IMG/VR virus record: IMGVR_UViG_3300020473_000037
Span: 1 to 54,125 of that record
Source: a virus
Taxonomy: Duplodnaviria > Caudoviricetes
Length of the DNA: 54,125 nucleotides
Reading direction: 5' to 3' (one strand)
Numbering within the stretch: the stretch's first letter is position 1; each line of letters starts with the position of its first letter. Shown here one piece after another: positions 12,807 through 27,100 of this stretch. The position numbers and the translations under genes were made by a program. Under the pieces are notes generated by a model. It made no database searches. It was given only the letters and a program-made list of their open reading frames with translations, and was not told the origin of the DNA.

Positions 12807-13208
12807 ATGTCTGTTAAGAGGATATCAAGATCATTTAAAGACATTAGTTTATCCTTTAATGCTCATCCAGTAACAAAGGATTTAACAATTCTAAAGAATG
12901 AGAACGCTATTAAAAAATCTGTAAGGAATTTAGTGCAAACTATCCCCACAGAAAGGTTCTTTAACCCCATTTTAGGGTCATATGTGACTGATTCACTCTT
13001 TGATTTTGTTGATTATGGTACTGCATCCACTATTAAAGAAGAAATTATCACAACTTTGGAGAATTTTGAACCTAGAATAGATAATATTCAGGTTGAATGT
13101 ATTCCAAGACCCGATAGAAATGAATTTGAGGTTACAGTATTCTTTGAAATCGTTGGAGAAGACGTTCCAACTCAAGAATTCACATTCATGTTAGAAGCAA
13201 CAAGGTAG
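12807..13208 (+). CDS. gp25: baseplate wedge subunit gp25
   Basis: FKDISLSF, AIKKSVRNL, ERFFNP and FEPRI motifs. Confidence 0.95.
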   Translation: MSVKRISRSFKDISLSFNAHPVTKDLTILKNENAIKKSVRNLVQTIPTERFFNPILGSYVTDSLFDFVDYGTASTIKEEIITTLENFEPRIDNIQVECIPRPDRNEFEVTVFFEIVGEDVPTQEFTFMLEATR

Positions 13209-13211
13209 AAT

Positions 13212-15131
13212 ATGCCATTTACTAAGTTTACAAATCTTGATTTCGATCAAATAAAGACCTCTATTAAAGATTATATCCGTGCGAACTCTGATTTTACGGA
13301 TTTTGACTACGAAGGGTCTAATTTTTCAGTATTAATAGACACATTAGCGTATAATACTTACATTACAGCATTTAACTCTAATATGATTGTTAATGAATCC
13401 TTCTTGGATTCAGCAACATTACGTGAAAATGTTGTTTCATTAGCAAGAAATATAGGATATGTACCTAAATCTAGGACTGCTGCACAGGCATCTGTTCATT
13501 TTGATGTAGCAACTAGTAGTTCATCCCCTACATTGACCTTACAGGCAGGTTTAGTGTGCGTTGGTGCTCAAAATAATAGTTCATATGTATTCTCTATACC
13601 TGAAAGTATAACAACAACCATTAATTCTGGTGTTGCAACCTTTGGAACAGAAACAAATCCTATTGTAGTTTATCAAGGAACCTATTTAAGTAAGACATTT
13701 ACTGTAGATGGGTCATTAGATCAGACATTTATACTGAATAATTCCTTTATTGATACCTCAACTATACGTGTTTATGTTAAAGGTTCTGCAGATACAGGTC
13801 TTGGAAGAGAATATAAACGTGTTGATAACATATTAAACATAAATTCTACGTCAGAAACCTACTTAATTCAAGAAATTCAAGACGAAAAGTATGAATTACT
13901 GTTTGGTGATGGTGTTTTTGGTAAAAAATTAGAAAATGATGCAATTATTACAGTATCTTACATCATTACTGATGGAGCAGATGGTAATGGACCTGCATTA
14001 TTCTCATGGGGTGGTAGTGTTACGAACTCTGTTAATCAGAAAATATCACCATCTTCTACACCATTAATCACAACAGTCTCAGCTGCCTCTAATGGTGGTA
14101 ATATTGAGTCTGTTGATTCAGTTAAGTACTTTGCTCCTAGACTGTATTCATCACAATACAGGGCGGTTACAAGTAGGGATTATGAATCTATAATTCAGCA
14201 AGTATATCCAAATACAGAATCTGTATCAGTTGTTGGTGGTGAAGAGTTAGATCCACCTGAATTTGGTACTGTTTTACTTACAATTAAACCAAAAAATGGT
14301 GAATTTGTATCTGACTTTGATAAACAGAAGATTTTAGAAGATTTAAAGCAGTACTCTCTAGCTGGTATAAATCAGAAAATTTTAGACCTAAAACTACTAT
14401 ATGTGGAGTTAGACTCATATGTTTATTATAATCCAGCAAAAACAACTACACCAACCGCATTAAAGACTAGAATTAGTGATGGTTTAACAACTTATTCTGC
14501 TTCAAAGGATATTAATAAGTTTGGTGGAAGGTTTAAGTATAGTAAAGTATTGAATGTAATTGATAATATTGATACTGCTATAACATCTAATATTACTAAA
14601 GTTAAAATTAGAAGAAACTTAAAAGCACTTACCAATTCATTTGCACAGTATGAATTATGTTTTGGTAATCAATTCCATATTGATGTTGCAGGAAAAAACA
14701 TTAAAAGTACTGGATTTAAAATTATAAATCAATCTAGTACTGTGTATCTAACTGATATACCAAATAAAGATTCTAATGGTGATTTAGATGGTAGTGGAAT
14801 GGGAACATTATCGGTTATTAGAAGAGATACGACAACAGACACTGAGATTGTTGTTGTTAAATCTGCAGGAACAGTAGATTATAATAAGGGGGAAATTATA
14901 TTATCAACTATTAATATTGTATCTACATCTAAACCAAACAATATTATTGAGGTTCAGGCATTCCCAGAGTCAAATGATGTTATAGGTCTAACAGATTTAT
15001 ACCTCAATTTCGACATGTCAAATACTACAATAAATATGGTTAAAGACACTATAACTTCTGGTGAACAAATATCTGGTGTTGGATTTAAAGTTACGTCAAG
15101 TTATACAAACGGAGCATTAACAAGAGGATGA
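13212..15131 (+). CDS. gp6: baseplate wedge subunit gp6
   Basis: LDFDQIK, FTDFDYEGS, ESFLDSA, FGDG and QYRAVT motifs. Confidence 0.95.
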   Translation: MPFTKFTNLDFDQIKTSIKDYIRANSDFTDFDYEGSNFSVLIDTLAYNTYITAFNSNMIVNESFLDSATLRENVVSLARNIGYVPKSRTAAQASVHFDVATSSSSPTLTLQAGLVCVGAQNNSSYVFSIPESITTTINSGVATFGTETNPIVVYQGTYLSKTFTVDGSLDQTFILNNSFIDTSTIRVYVKGSADTGLGREYKRVDNILNINSTSETYLIQEIQDEKYELLFGDGVFGKKLENDAIITVSYIITDGADGNGPALFSWGGSVTNSVNQKISPSSTPLITTVSAASNGGNIESVDSVKYFAPRLYSSQYRAVTSRDYESIIQQVYPNTESVSVVGGEELDPPEFGTVLLTIKPKNGEFVSDFDKQKILEDLKQYSLAGINQKILDLKLLYVELDSYVYYNPAKTTTPTALKTRISDGLTTYSASKDINKFGGRFKYSKVLNVIDNIDTAITSNITKVKIRRNLKALTNSFAQYELCFGNQFHIDVAGKNIKSTGFKIINQSSTVYLTDIPNKDSNGDLDGSGMGTLSVIRRDTTTDTEIVVVKSAGTVDYNKGEIILSTINIVSTSKPNNIIEVQAFPESNDVIGLTDLYLNFDMSNTTINMVKDTITSGEQISGVGFKVTSSYTNGALTRG

Positions 15132-18100
15132 TAACTACAGGATTTGACAAGAGAGTCCAAGTACAGCAAATAATAGATAATCAACTCCCTGAGTTCTTAC
15201 TATCAGAGAGTCCAAAGGCTGTTGATTTTTTAAAGCAATACTATATTTCTCAGGAATATCAAGGTGGTAATATTGATATTACCGATAACTTAGATCAATA
15301 TTTAAGGTTAGATAATTTAACTCCTGAAGTTATAGTAGCAGAAACTACTCTTTCTACTGGAATTGACGTATCTGCAACAACTGTTGATGTTGTAACTACT
15401 AAAGGTTTTCCATCTGAATACGGGTTATTTAAGATTGATGATGAAGTTTTTACTTATACTGGTATAACAACTAATAGTTTTACTGGTTGTATTCGTGGAT
15501 TTAGTGGAATTACAACATATCATGCAGAAGATAATCCTGGTGAACTTGTTTTTAGTGATACTTCAGCAACAAGTCATATTTCTGGAGCAACGGTAAATAA
15601 TTTAAGTGCATTATTCCTAAAAGAATTCTATAAAAAGACAAAATCAACACTTACCCCTGGATTAGAGGATACTGAATTTGTATCAAATTTAGATGTTAGC
15701 AATTTTATAAAAGAATCTCATTCATTATACCAATCAAAAGGTACGGAAGAATCATTTAGAATACTCTTTAACATATTATACAACGTTACTCCAAAGGTAG
15801 TTGACCTTGAACAGTATCTACTTAAACCATCTGCTGCAGAGTTCATTAGACGTGAATTAGTGCTTGCAGAGGTCATTTCAGGCGATGTTAACGCATTAGC
15901 AGGGCAAACTATTATTAAATCTACTGATAGTGCTACAAGAGCGTCTGTATCTGAGATTGAACCTTTTACTAGAAATGGAAAAACTTATTATAAATTAGGT
16001 CTATTTGTTGGATTTAACGATGTAGACCTTATTGAAGGTACATTTAACATTCCAGGTAAAACAAAGGTTATAAACCCTGTATCTGTTGGGTCTTCTGTTA
16101 TTACTGTAGATTCTACAATAGGATTTGGTGCTACTGGAACTGTTATTTGTGGTGTTAACACAGCAGTTAGTTATAGTAGTAAGTCCATTAACCAGTTCTT
16201 TGGTTGTAGTAATATCGTTGATGCAATTAAAGTTGCTGACGATTTAAGATCAGATGAAGTATATTTTGGTTATGAAGATGGTGATGTAACTAAAAAGGTA
16301 GAATTTAGAATTACTGGAGTTCTATCAAAATTTGTTCCTGTTTCTGATATTAAACTATCTTCAGAAGGAGAGAAGATTACTGTTAAGAATGTTGGTGAAA
16401 AGATACTTAATCCAGATAGTGATAAGACTAAAAAGGAGATTTTTGCTAATACTTGGATATATAACACCTCTTCTAGATTTGTAATAGAGAATATAACAGG
16501 TTCAACTGCAGTTTTATTCACTAGAGACATTGATAAATCTAGTCTTAAGATTGATGATGAAATAGAAATACTACAAAGAGGTAGTCAAATTATTGCTGCT
16601 ACAGGTACTGTAGGAAATATAACACCTTCGACTAGATCAATTGATATAGACAATTTAGTTCTTGCATCTGGACAGACATCTTTGCCAGCAGCAGGAGAAG
16701 AATATGATCTAAGAAGAAAATTAAAGAGAGCTTTTAGTTCTACAGAAGATATTGAATTTGGAAATTATGTATTAACAAGTGATGTATCAAATGTTTATAA
16801 TAAAGCAGATACTGATTTTTATGTTGCATCAAACTCATTACCTGCATATGATATTACAGCATCTCTTGCGAAAGGTATTCTTCCTGAAGCAACATCTATT
16901 GCACCAACATTTTATCTTCAGGGATATAGTAATGCAACATTAAACTATTCAATATTATCCTTCCCCTCGAATTTACCATTTATTACTGGTGATGAGGTTT
17001 ATTATGAACCACAAGGAACGGCAATACCTGGATTATCTACAGGTGTTTACTATGTTGAGGTTTTATCTAATGCAAACCAAATAAAATTATACACTTCTAG
17101 ATCATTCATACCTATAAGTGATTGTGTAAAATTTAATGTACTTTCTGCTGGTTCTGGAACTCATACATTTACTTTAGTTAGTTCTCGTAATAAGAAGATT
17201 GGTGCTCAGAAATTACTTAAGAAGTTTCCATTAAATCCAAATCTTAAAAATGGAAAAGGTACTAAAACTAATCCAGGTACAACAGGAATGCTTGTTAATG
17301 GTGTTGAGATTACCAATTACAAGTCTGATAATAAAATCTTCTATGGTCCAATAGAAAATGTTAAGATATTTAACAGTGGTTCTGGATATGATGTACTAAA
17401 TCCACCAAATCTTTCAGTATCATCTCCTGGAACTGGAACTACTGCCTTAGTTCACCCAGTAATGGATGGTACTGTTACTGATGTTTTAGTAGACCCACAG
17501 AATTTTGATATTGATAAGGTTATATCTGTTACTATTGCTGGTGGAAATGGTGAAGGTGCAATTTTAGCACCAATTATTGGTAAGAGAAAGAGAGAAATAT
17601 TCTTTGATGCTAGATTACATACTAATTCTGGTGGTATTAATGTTAATACAGATACTTTAACATTCTTAGATTCTCATAATCTTTCTAATGCACAACCAAT
17701 TTCTTACTTTAGAGATAATAATCCAGCAGTTGGTATTGGATCATTTTTTGGTTCTAATTTAGATCAAAGTAAGACATTAATTAATAATGCAGTATATTAT
17801 CCGCAGATTGTTGATGCACTTACTATAAAGTTATATGAAACTCTTTCGGATTATAATGCAGGTATCAATACAGTAGGATTTACTACTGTAGGTAAGAGTG
17901 GCACTCATAGATTTAAAGTTTTTAATGAAGAAAATACATTAAAGGATATTAGAGTAATTGATCCTGGAAAAGGATATCAAAATAGAGAACTTAAGGTAAA
18001 ACCTGTTGGTATTAATACCATTACATCTACAATTAATTTTGTTGATCATGGATTTAATGAAGGTGATAAGATTGTATATGATACTGCTGTTGGTGTTGGA

Positions 18101-21100
18101 TCTACTATACCAACTAAAATATCAGAATTAGCAAAATATACTGGAATAACAACTACAAGTAATTTCTATCAAGTAATTAAAATAACAGATGATAAGTTCA
18201 GACTTAGTAACGCTGGACTTGGTGGAACAATAACTTCAAATTATGTAAGAAATAATTATATTAAATTTACTGACAAAGGAACTGGATATCAAGTTTTTAA
18301 ATATCCTGATATTAAATTAGATATTAAGTATGAACTTGCTAATACAAATGTAGGTGTTATAACTGCAACTCCTCTTGTTAGAGGTCCAATTGTAGATGCT
18401 TATCTTTATGAGAAAGGAACTGGATATGGATCCGATGTTTTAAATCTTGAGAAAACTGCAACAATAACAGTTAAAACTGGAAAAGAAGCAGAATTAAAAC
18501 CAATTATTACTGATGGAAAGGTAACATATGTTGAAATACAAAACGGTGGTAAAGAATATACTGCTGCACCAGATTTAAGTTTAGTTGGTATTGGAACTGG
18601 ACTTGGAGGTAAATTAAGGGCAGTAGTTACTAATGGAAAGATAACTGATGTAATAATAGTTGATCCAGGACTTAAATATCAACAAGATAAAGTTTCTATT
18701 AAAGTAGTACCTCCAGGAAAAAATGTAAAAATAGAACCATTTATTAGAGGATTAACTGTTAATAATTTCTCCAGATATGGAAATGAAGCTTTAATAGAAA
18801 CTACTGATCAATTGGAGTATTCATTTGTTGGATATTCTACTGCTATTGGTAATGATGTTTATAGTGATGATGGACTTAAGCACTCTCCAATTATAGGATG
18901 GGCATATGATGGAAATCCAATTTATGGTCCATATGGATATAATGATGGTAAAGATGAAAATTCTGGAATTAGAATACTAAAACCAGGATATGTTACTAAT
19001 ACTTCTAAAATAGAAGATAGACCTGCAATTTCCTCATTTGGTGCTGGATTCTTTGTAGAAGATTATGAATTTGATAGTAGTGGTGATTTAGATGAATATA
19101 ATGGTAGATATAGTAGAACTCCAGAATTTCCTAATGGAATATACGCATACTTTGCTGGTATAACAACTGATACACGTTTAGCAAGATTTCCATACTTTAT
19201 TGGTGATAAGTTTAGATCAAATGTAGTTGAAGAAAATTACTCAATTAATCAAAGAGATTTTGACTTTAAAGCACATAATTTAATAAGGAATACTTATCCA
19301 TATAAAGTATCTGATCCACATGCTGATAATGACTTTATTATTGAATCTAATGAAATTATTGATCAAACTTCAGTTATTGAAGGTACAACAAAAGGAAATA
19401 TAGATTCTTTCCAAATTATCTCATCTGGTAGTGGTTATAAGATGGGTGATAGTTTTACATTTGATAATACTGGTACATCTGGTGGTGGACTAAATGCTCA
19501 AATTGCTAGGATAAAAGGTAAAGATATTACTGATATTACTACTGAAATTAAAAATCATAATGATCCTATTTTTGTTTGGAAGAATTCAAATGAAGTATCT
19601 GCTTACATTTCAACATCTCATCCATTAGTTACTAATGAAAATATTGCTATTAGTGGTATAAGAACAGAAGGAACTATTGGAGATACATCAACATTTACTA
19701 TTAAGAATCTTGCAGGTTCTCATAGCATTGGTGTAACAACTGCAAGAACAGTTCTTTTCCAAGATGTTCCTACTTCTGCAGCAACTGGAATTGTAACTGA
19801 TATCTATGTTTCTACAATCCCAGATCAGATTTCTGTTGGTAGTAGCATTACTATAGGAACAGAGAATCTTAAGGTTCTTAAGACATTTAATACTAGAAGT
19901 ATATTAAGGGTACAAAGAGGAATTGCTGGATCAGCACATACAGCATCATCATTTGTTGATTTAGTTCCTAGTTATCTTACTATTCCTGTTGAAACCCCCT
20001 ATTTTGACTCTAAAGTAGATGATGTAGAATACTTTAACCCACATCAATCAATCGGTATTGGAACTCCTGTAGGTATAGGTACAACAACACTCTATACAAG
20101 AGGTGAAGTATCTGAACTTGTTAATATTCCGACTCACAGTATTTACCTACCAAATCACCCATTTAGGCAAGCTCAAGAGGTTGTTCTTAGAAAACCTGCT
20201 ACTGGATATGCACTAACAGTAACTACTGACGAGAATGCAACTAATTGGCTTCTCCCAGATCCAGCAAATGGAAATAGTCAAACAGTTTATGTTATTAATA
20301 AATCTCCAGATTATATTGGTATTGCAACTCAGGTTGGATTAACAACTAATACTTCTGGTGTTGCATTTGTTAGTAATGGTAATAGAGTTGGAACTAGTGA
20401 TTTTAGATATTCATTAGAGACTAACTATACTCAAATAACAGGAGTTCTTCAGCAAATTACTGCAACAGCAGGAGTTTCAACCGCACATGGATTATTAAAA
20501 GGTGATGAGATTACATTTGAGGTAAGACCAGATCAATCAGTTGGTATAGGAACATCAGTATCAATTGACGTTAGATATGATGAATTAAATGAAACTGTTC
20601 TAATTAATCCAATTTCAACTAATTCATCGGGTGTTAATGTTGATCTTAATCAATTCACACTTAACTCTCATGGATATAAAACAGGTGATAAGGTTTATTA
20701 TACTTCTCCCTCTGTTGCTGGTGGATTAACAGATAAGAGAACTTATTATGTCTATAATCAAGGTAATGATGCTTTCAAATTATGTGATACAAGATTAGAC
20801 GCTCTTAGTGTTCCACCTTTGATTAAAAATATTACATCTAATGGTGGTGGTTCTGCTAAACATGAATTTTCATTAGTTAACCCAAGAATTTCAGTTCTTG
20901 AAAATAATAATCTTGTTTTTGATGTATCTCATACTTCTTTAGATGGATATGACTTTAAATTATTCTATGATAATGAGTATAAGAATGAATTTGTTTCAAC
21001 TGGAAAAACAGATAGTTTTACAGTAACTGGAGTAGGTACAGTAGGTGTTACAACAACTGCAACATTAACTCTAAATTATAGTAATATTAATCCAAAGAGT

Positions 21101-24100
21101 TTATTCTATAATGTTCAGAAATCTGGATTTATTAGTACGGCAGATACAGACGTTTCCAATTATACAAATATCAAATATGGTGGTAGTGACTACAATGGCA
21201 CTTATGAAGTATATGGTATTGGTGTAACAGAATTTAGCGTATCTTTAAAAGAAATACCAGAGTCTCTTACTTACTCACAAACAAATACAGAAACTCTACA
21301 ATATACAACTAATTCACCAACTGCTAGAGGTGGTGTTGATAGAATACAACTTAACTATGGTGGAGCAGGATATAAGAAATTACCATCATTTGTAAGTATT
21401 GCATCAACAGAAGGTATTAATGCTAGTGTTTTACCTCAATCTAAAAATATTAATAGAATTGATGATGTTAGAATCCTTGATCCAGGATATGAATATTCAT
21501 CAGATCCTACATTAACTCCAGAAGCATTTGTTCCTCCTATAGTTTCTGTAATTGATAATACTAAGTTAACTGCTGTTGAAGTAATAGATGGTGGTGCAAA
21601 TTATACTGGTGCTCCTAATATAGATCTAGTTAATCCAGATACTGGTGAAAAGATAACAACTGGATACTTAGAGGCATTTATAAATCAAGGTTCTTCTTCT
21701 ATTTCTGGTGTTAATGTTATTCTAGAACCTAAAGGATTAGCTGCAGTTGAGCATAAGGTTTATACTGTAAATAATAATAACGGTCTTTCAGTCAGTAAGG
21801 CAGAGTATAATCCTACAACTGGAATTGTAACTTGTACTTTAACCACACCAGTTTTAGGATTTAGTACCGCACCATTTACTGTTGGTGAAAAGATATTTGT
21901 GGAAGGGATTCAGCAATATACTGATAGTACTATAACTGGTGGTAATGGGTTTAACTCAGCAGATAATGCTTATAAGTTCTTTGAAATAACAACATTTAAC
22001 AATGGAAATCCAGCAGAATTAGAGTATAATTTATCAGGAATTGCTACTAATCCTGGTGTTGCAAAAACATCTCAGAATACATACGCTAATGTTGTAAGTA
22101 TTAATGATTATCCAACATTTAAAGTAACACAAACAAGATCTGACTTCGATTTAGGTGAGAAATTATTAGCATTAATTGGTACTGATTATGTTGAAGTTGA
22201 TCTTATTGTAACTGAATCTAATGCTGATTCTATTAAAGTAAATGAAGATACCCCAGGTGCCTTTGATTTAACTCCTGGTCAATTAATAAAGGGTGTTAAT
22301 AGTGGAACTATTGCAACTGTTAATAGTGTAGATCTTAATAAAGCACAATTTGAAATTAATTATTCATTAAGACAGGATCAAGGATGGATTGATAATATTG
22401 GTAAGTTGAATGAAGATTATCAAGTTACTCCAGATAATGATTACTATCAGAATTTATCTTACACTGTTAAGAGTCCTATTACATACGAAGAAATAATAAA
22501 TCCAGTAAATCGTCTTCTTCATACTAGTGGACTTAAGAATTTTGCTGATGTAGGTATAACATCTAGTGTTAATGCTGGTGTAACTGCTGCTACAGAAGAT
22601 TTTGTAATTTCAGTTGATTTATTGGAAGAGAAGAGAGTAGATACTATTAATAACTTTGATCTTACACTTGATGTTGATACTTTTGGTGGTAAATCTAAAT
22701 TCTTGAAATTTAGAAATACGAAATTATCTCCTTATGTTGAATGTAGGACTAATAGGGTTTTGGAGATAGATGATATTAGTCCATTATTCTCTAATGCTCA
22801 AGCAAACTTAGATCCATTTATAGAATTACCTATTAATGATAATTATGCCAATTTCTTAGTTCAGGTAAGAAATCCAAATAACGGTAATATTCAAATATCT
22901 GATATTGTTCTCTTTAAGGATGAAAATGATGTATTTACTTTAGAAAGAGCAAAAGTACATAGTACTTCATCAGAATTAGGTGAAATAAAAGCAGAGATGG
23001 ATGCTGCTGATAATATAACACTTAAATTTACTCCTGATGATCCATTCCTTAATGATTATGATCTTAAAGTCTTTAAGAGTTCATTTAATACTGATCTTTC
23101 TGGAATAGGAACACAATCAATTGGATTTGTTGATTTAACAGGTGTAAACAAAATAGTAAGTGCTGGAACATCTCAATTAATTATTCAAGATAATACTACT
23201 GATATAGATGCTTATTTTGCTGCTATTGAAGTAGTTGATAAGGTAACGACACAATCAAATTATGTTGAGTTATATCTAACTCATGATGGAACAAATGTTT
23301 ATACTGGTGAGTATTATACAGATTCTGAAGATGGATCTATATCCAATTTCATAGGAACATTTACTTCTAATCTTAGTTCTAATATATTATCTTTAACTTA
23401 TGAAAATAATACTTCTAATCAAGTTGATGTTAGAACAAGAATTATTGGTATAGGAACAACTGCTGCTGGAATTGGAACATATAGATTTAAGAAAACAGGT
23501 CAATCTGATGGAACTGAAAGAACTGTTAATTTTGAAACTAATTATGAAAATCCAGTTGGATTAGGTACTACTACTGTTATTCAATTAGAAAAGAGTAAGA
23601 TATCGACTGTTAAGAGTTTTGTAAGGGTATCTACTGGAAATACCAGTGCAATGCATCAGGTAATGATGGCACATGATGGTACTGATAGTAAAGTTACCAC
23701 ATATCCATTCTTATCTATTGGTAGTACTTCTGGAATTGGTACATTTACCTCAGAGTATAGTGGATCAAACTGGAATTTAGTTTTCCATCCAGATGCTAAA
23801 TTTAGTTCTGGAAGTTTACAGATTCAAAGTTTCAATGAAGCAATCTATACTGATAGTGATTTGGTCAATATTCCACCAGACTTACAGTATGGAACAGCTA
23901 CAGATTCATTAAAACTTCTCCAATATAATGCTACTAATGGTACTAGAGTTGATAGAAAAGATTTTGAGATTAATTATAATGGAACACCAATTTTTGAAAA
24001 GAAATTTGATCCTTCAGATTCAGCAGTATTAAATCCAGTAACTGGTATTTTTACTATTAAAGATCACTTCTTTGAAACTGGTGAAAAGTTAATTTACACT

Positions 24101-27100
24101 CCAAATGATACTTTCTTGGGTGGTTCTATTACAGGTATTGGAACTCTTGCTTCTGGAGATATGCCTACAGATGTTTATGCAATTAAAGTTGATAAAGATA
24201 CATTTAAACTTGCATTATCTTTAGCAGAAGCTGATGCTGGACTTGGAAAGACATATGTATCTGTTGGTGCTGGTAATGCTCATGAATTGGAAATGAGTAA
24301 GAAACTTGAAAAGAGTTTACTTTCAATTGACGGTGTAATCCAATCTCCACTTGCATATACTCCAGTAAATACAACTTTATCATATGCATTAACTGATTCT
24401 GCAACTATATTTGGTGTTGCTGGTATTACATCTATTGCGACAAATAGTATTGTAAAAATAGATAATGAGTATATGAAAGTGACCAATGTTGGACTTGGTA
24501 CAACTTCTGTCGGACCAATAACAAATACTGGTACAGTTAATATATTGGAAGTAGAAAGAGGAGTTGTTGGATCTGCTGCAACATCACATAATACTAGTGC
24601 TTCTACTAGAGTGTATGGTGGATCTTATAATATGGTTGGAAATAAGGTTTATTTCACAGAATCTTTAATTGGAAAAAATACAACAGTTAAGAATTCTTCA
24701 AATCTTGCATTCCCAAGAGCTACATTTAACGGAAGAGTATATCTTAGAAAAAATTATAGTACAAACGTAGTTTTTGATGATATTTCTGAATCATTTACTG
24801 GAATAGGTCAAACTTATAGGGTAACTGTTGGTGGTGCTAATACTATTGGAATTACAACTGGAAGTAGTCTTGTCTTGTTGAATGGAATATTCCAAGATCC
24901 TTCCACTACTAATAATGCTAATAATAATTATGAGTATGTTGGGTCTGCATCTTCAACTAAGATATCATTTACTGGTATTACATCTACTAATGGTGAGATT
25001 ATTATTGATCCAAATAATGTTAACCAGAATCAACTTCCAAGAGGTGGTGTAATTGTATCTCTAGGATCTACTGGTGGATTAGGTATTGCACCTCTATCTG
25101 GAGCAAAAGTAAAACCAACACTTAATGTTACTAGAGGAATTGCTGGTATTTGTGGTATTCCTACAACTGGTAAGACTTATGGAATTACTACAGCATCATA
25201 CAATAATAATACTGGTGAAGTTGAAATTACAACTACAACAACTCATGAATTTAAGGAAGTAAATGAACCAATTAAACTATCTGGATTAGAATTTACTTGT
25301 GTTGGATCTCTTAATGTATCAAATGCTGTTTATAATCAAACTACTGGTGATTTAGTATTAACTGTTGGATCTCATAATAGACCAGTAGGTAGTGGAATTA
25401 CATTTAACAATAATTCACTAACCTTTAAGTGTAATCAAGATAATTACAGTTCTAATCACACATATCCTCGTGGTGCTACTGACCCTGTTGGTAATGGTGT
25501 AACTGCTTATATTACAGCAACAAGTGCTAATACACTTACAGTTAATGTTGGTGTTGGAACAACTGCTATTCACCAATTCGTAAGTGCTTCAAACCCTGCT
25601 ATTAACTTTGGCGGAGATCATACTGGTATAACAACAACATTCTTCCCAGATGCTTATGCAGATAGATCATTCCCAATTAGTGGTATTCTTTCTACTCGAA
25701 CATTTACCGCAAATGTTGGTGTAAGTACTATTCCACACCAATATGTTGGTGCAGGTACTGTTTATGAATATCATGCTGATTTAGAATGGGGTTCTGGATA
25801 TAGAAATCCAGTTTCTGTAGGTGTTACTGATATAGCTTACGGTCATAAGTTTGTTAGTGCAGCAACAGGTGCTATTACTGGTACAGGTGGTCCATTCACA
25901 CCAACAAATGCAGTATATGAATCTCATACTGGAACACTTACTTTAACTATTCCAAGTCACGGTAGAACTAGTGGTAATGTACAGATTGTAGAAAATTCAC
26001 TTACATTTACTTGTTCTAGAGATAATTATCAAACTGAACATACTTATCCACGTCCAGCATTTGTTCATCAATTTGTAAGTGCCGTTACTAATGCTGTTGA
26101 TGGAAATAAGACACCAACTGCTGCTACTTACAATGCTGCAACTGGTGCTTTAGAATTAACCTTTGGTAGTGCTCACGGAAAGAGTAATGGACAAACTATA
26201 ACGATTGCTAATAATTCTCTAACATTCAGATGTTCAAAAGATAATTATACATCAGATCATACTTATCCAAGAACAACTGACCCTGCATCTGGTGCTAACT
26301 TAACAGTTTCTGGTGCTACTTCAACCAAATTAACAGTTAATGTCGGTAAGTCCAGAACAGGAGACCCTGCTGCTGGTGCTCAGAACCTAGCAATTACTGT
26401 AATTGATACAGATACCTTATCAGTTAATGTTGGTGCTGGTGGTGGAGCAGGAACAGGTGCTGTAGTAACAGCAACTGTAGTAGATAATACTCATAATTAT
26501 GTTGGTGGTACAGCAACAGGTGCGATAATACCAAATGCTTGGGGTACTACACCATTTAATGTTAATGCTGCGACTTATAATCCAGAAACTGGTATTTTAG
26601 TTGTAACAACCACTTCTAATCATGGTTTAAGTGCTAGTGATACTATTGGTATTAAGACATCTTCTCTCACATTTACTTGTGCTCAAGATAATCATAATAG
26701 CAATCATTCATATCCTAGAGTTGGTGATCCTATAGATGGACTTATAAACTTAGCGATTACAACTCCAACAGCAAATACAATTTCTGTTAATGTTGGTAAA
26801 GCACCTAAAGGAACTGGTGGTGCATTGAAATTTGATATTACTGGTGTTGGTACTGATTATGTAAATCCAAAGATATTTGTAGATTCTCCATCTTATTCAA
26901 ATCTTGGAATAACTGGTGTTTCTAGAAGAGGTATTGGTTCTACTACAGATACTGGAACAGGTGTTAAATTATCTGTTGCTGTTGGTGGTGCTAATACAGC
27001 AGGTATTGGATCTACATCATTTACTGTTACCGAATTTGATATTCACAATTATGGATATAACTTTAGAGAAGGAGATGTATTTAAACCAGTTGGATTAGTT

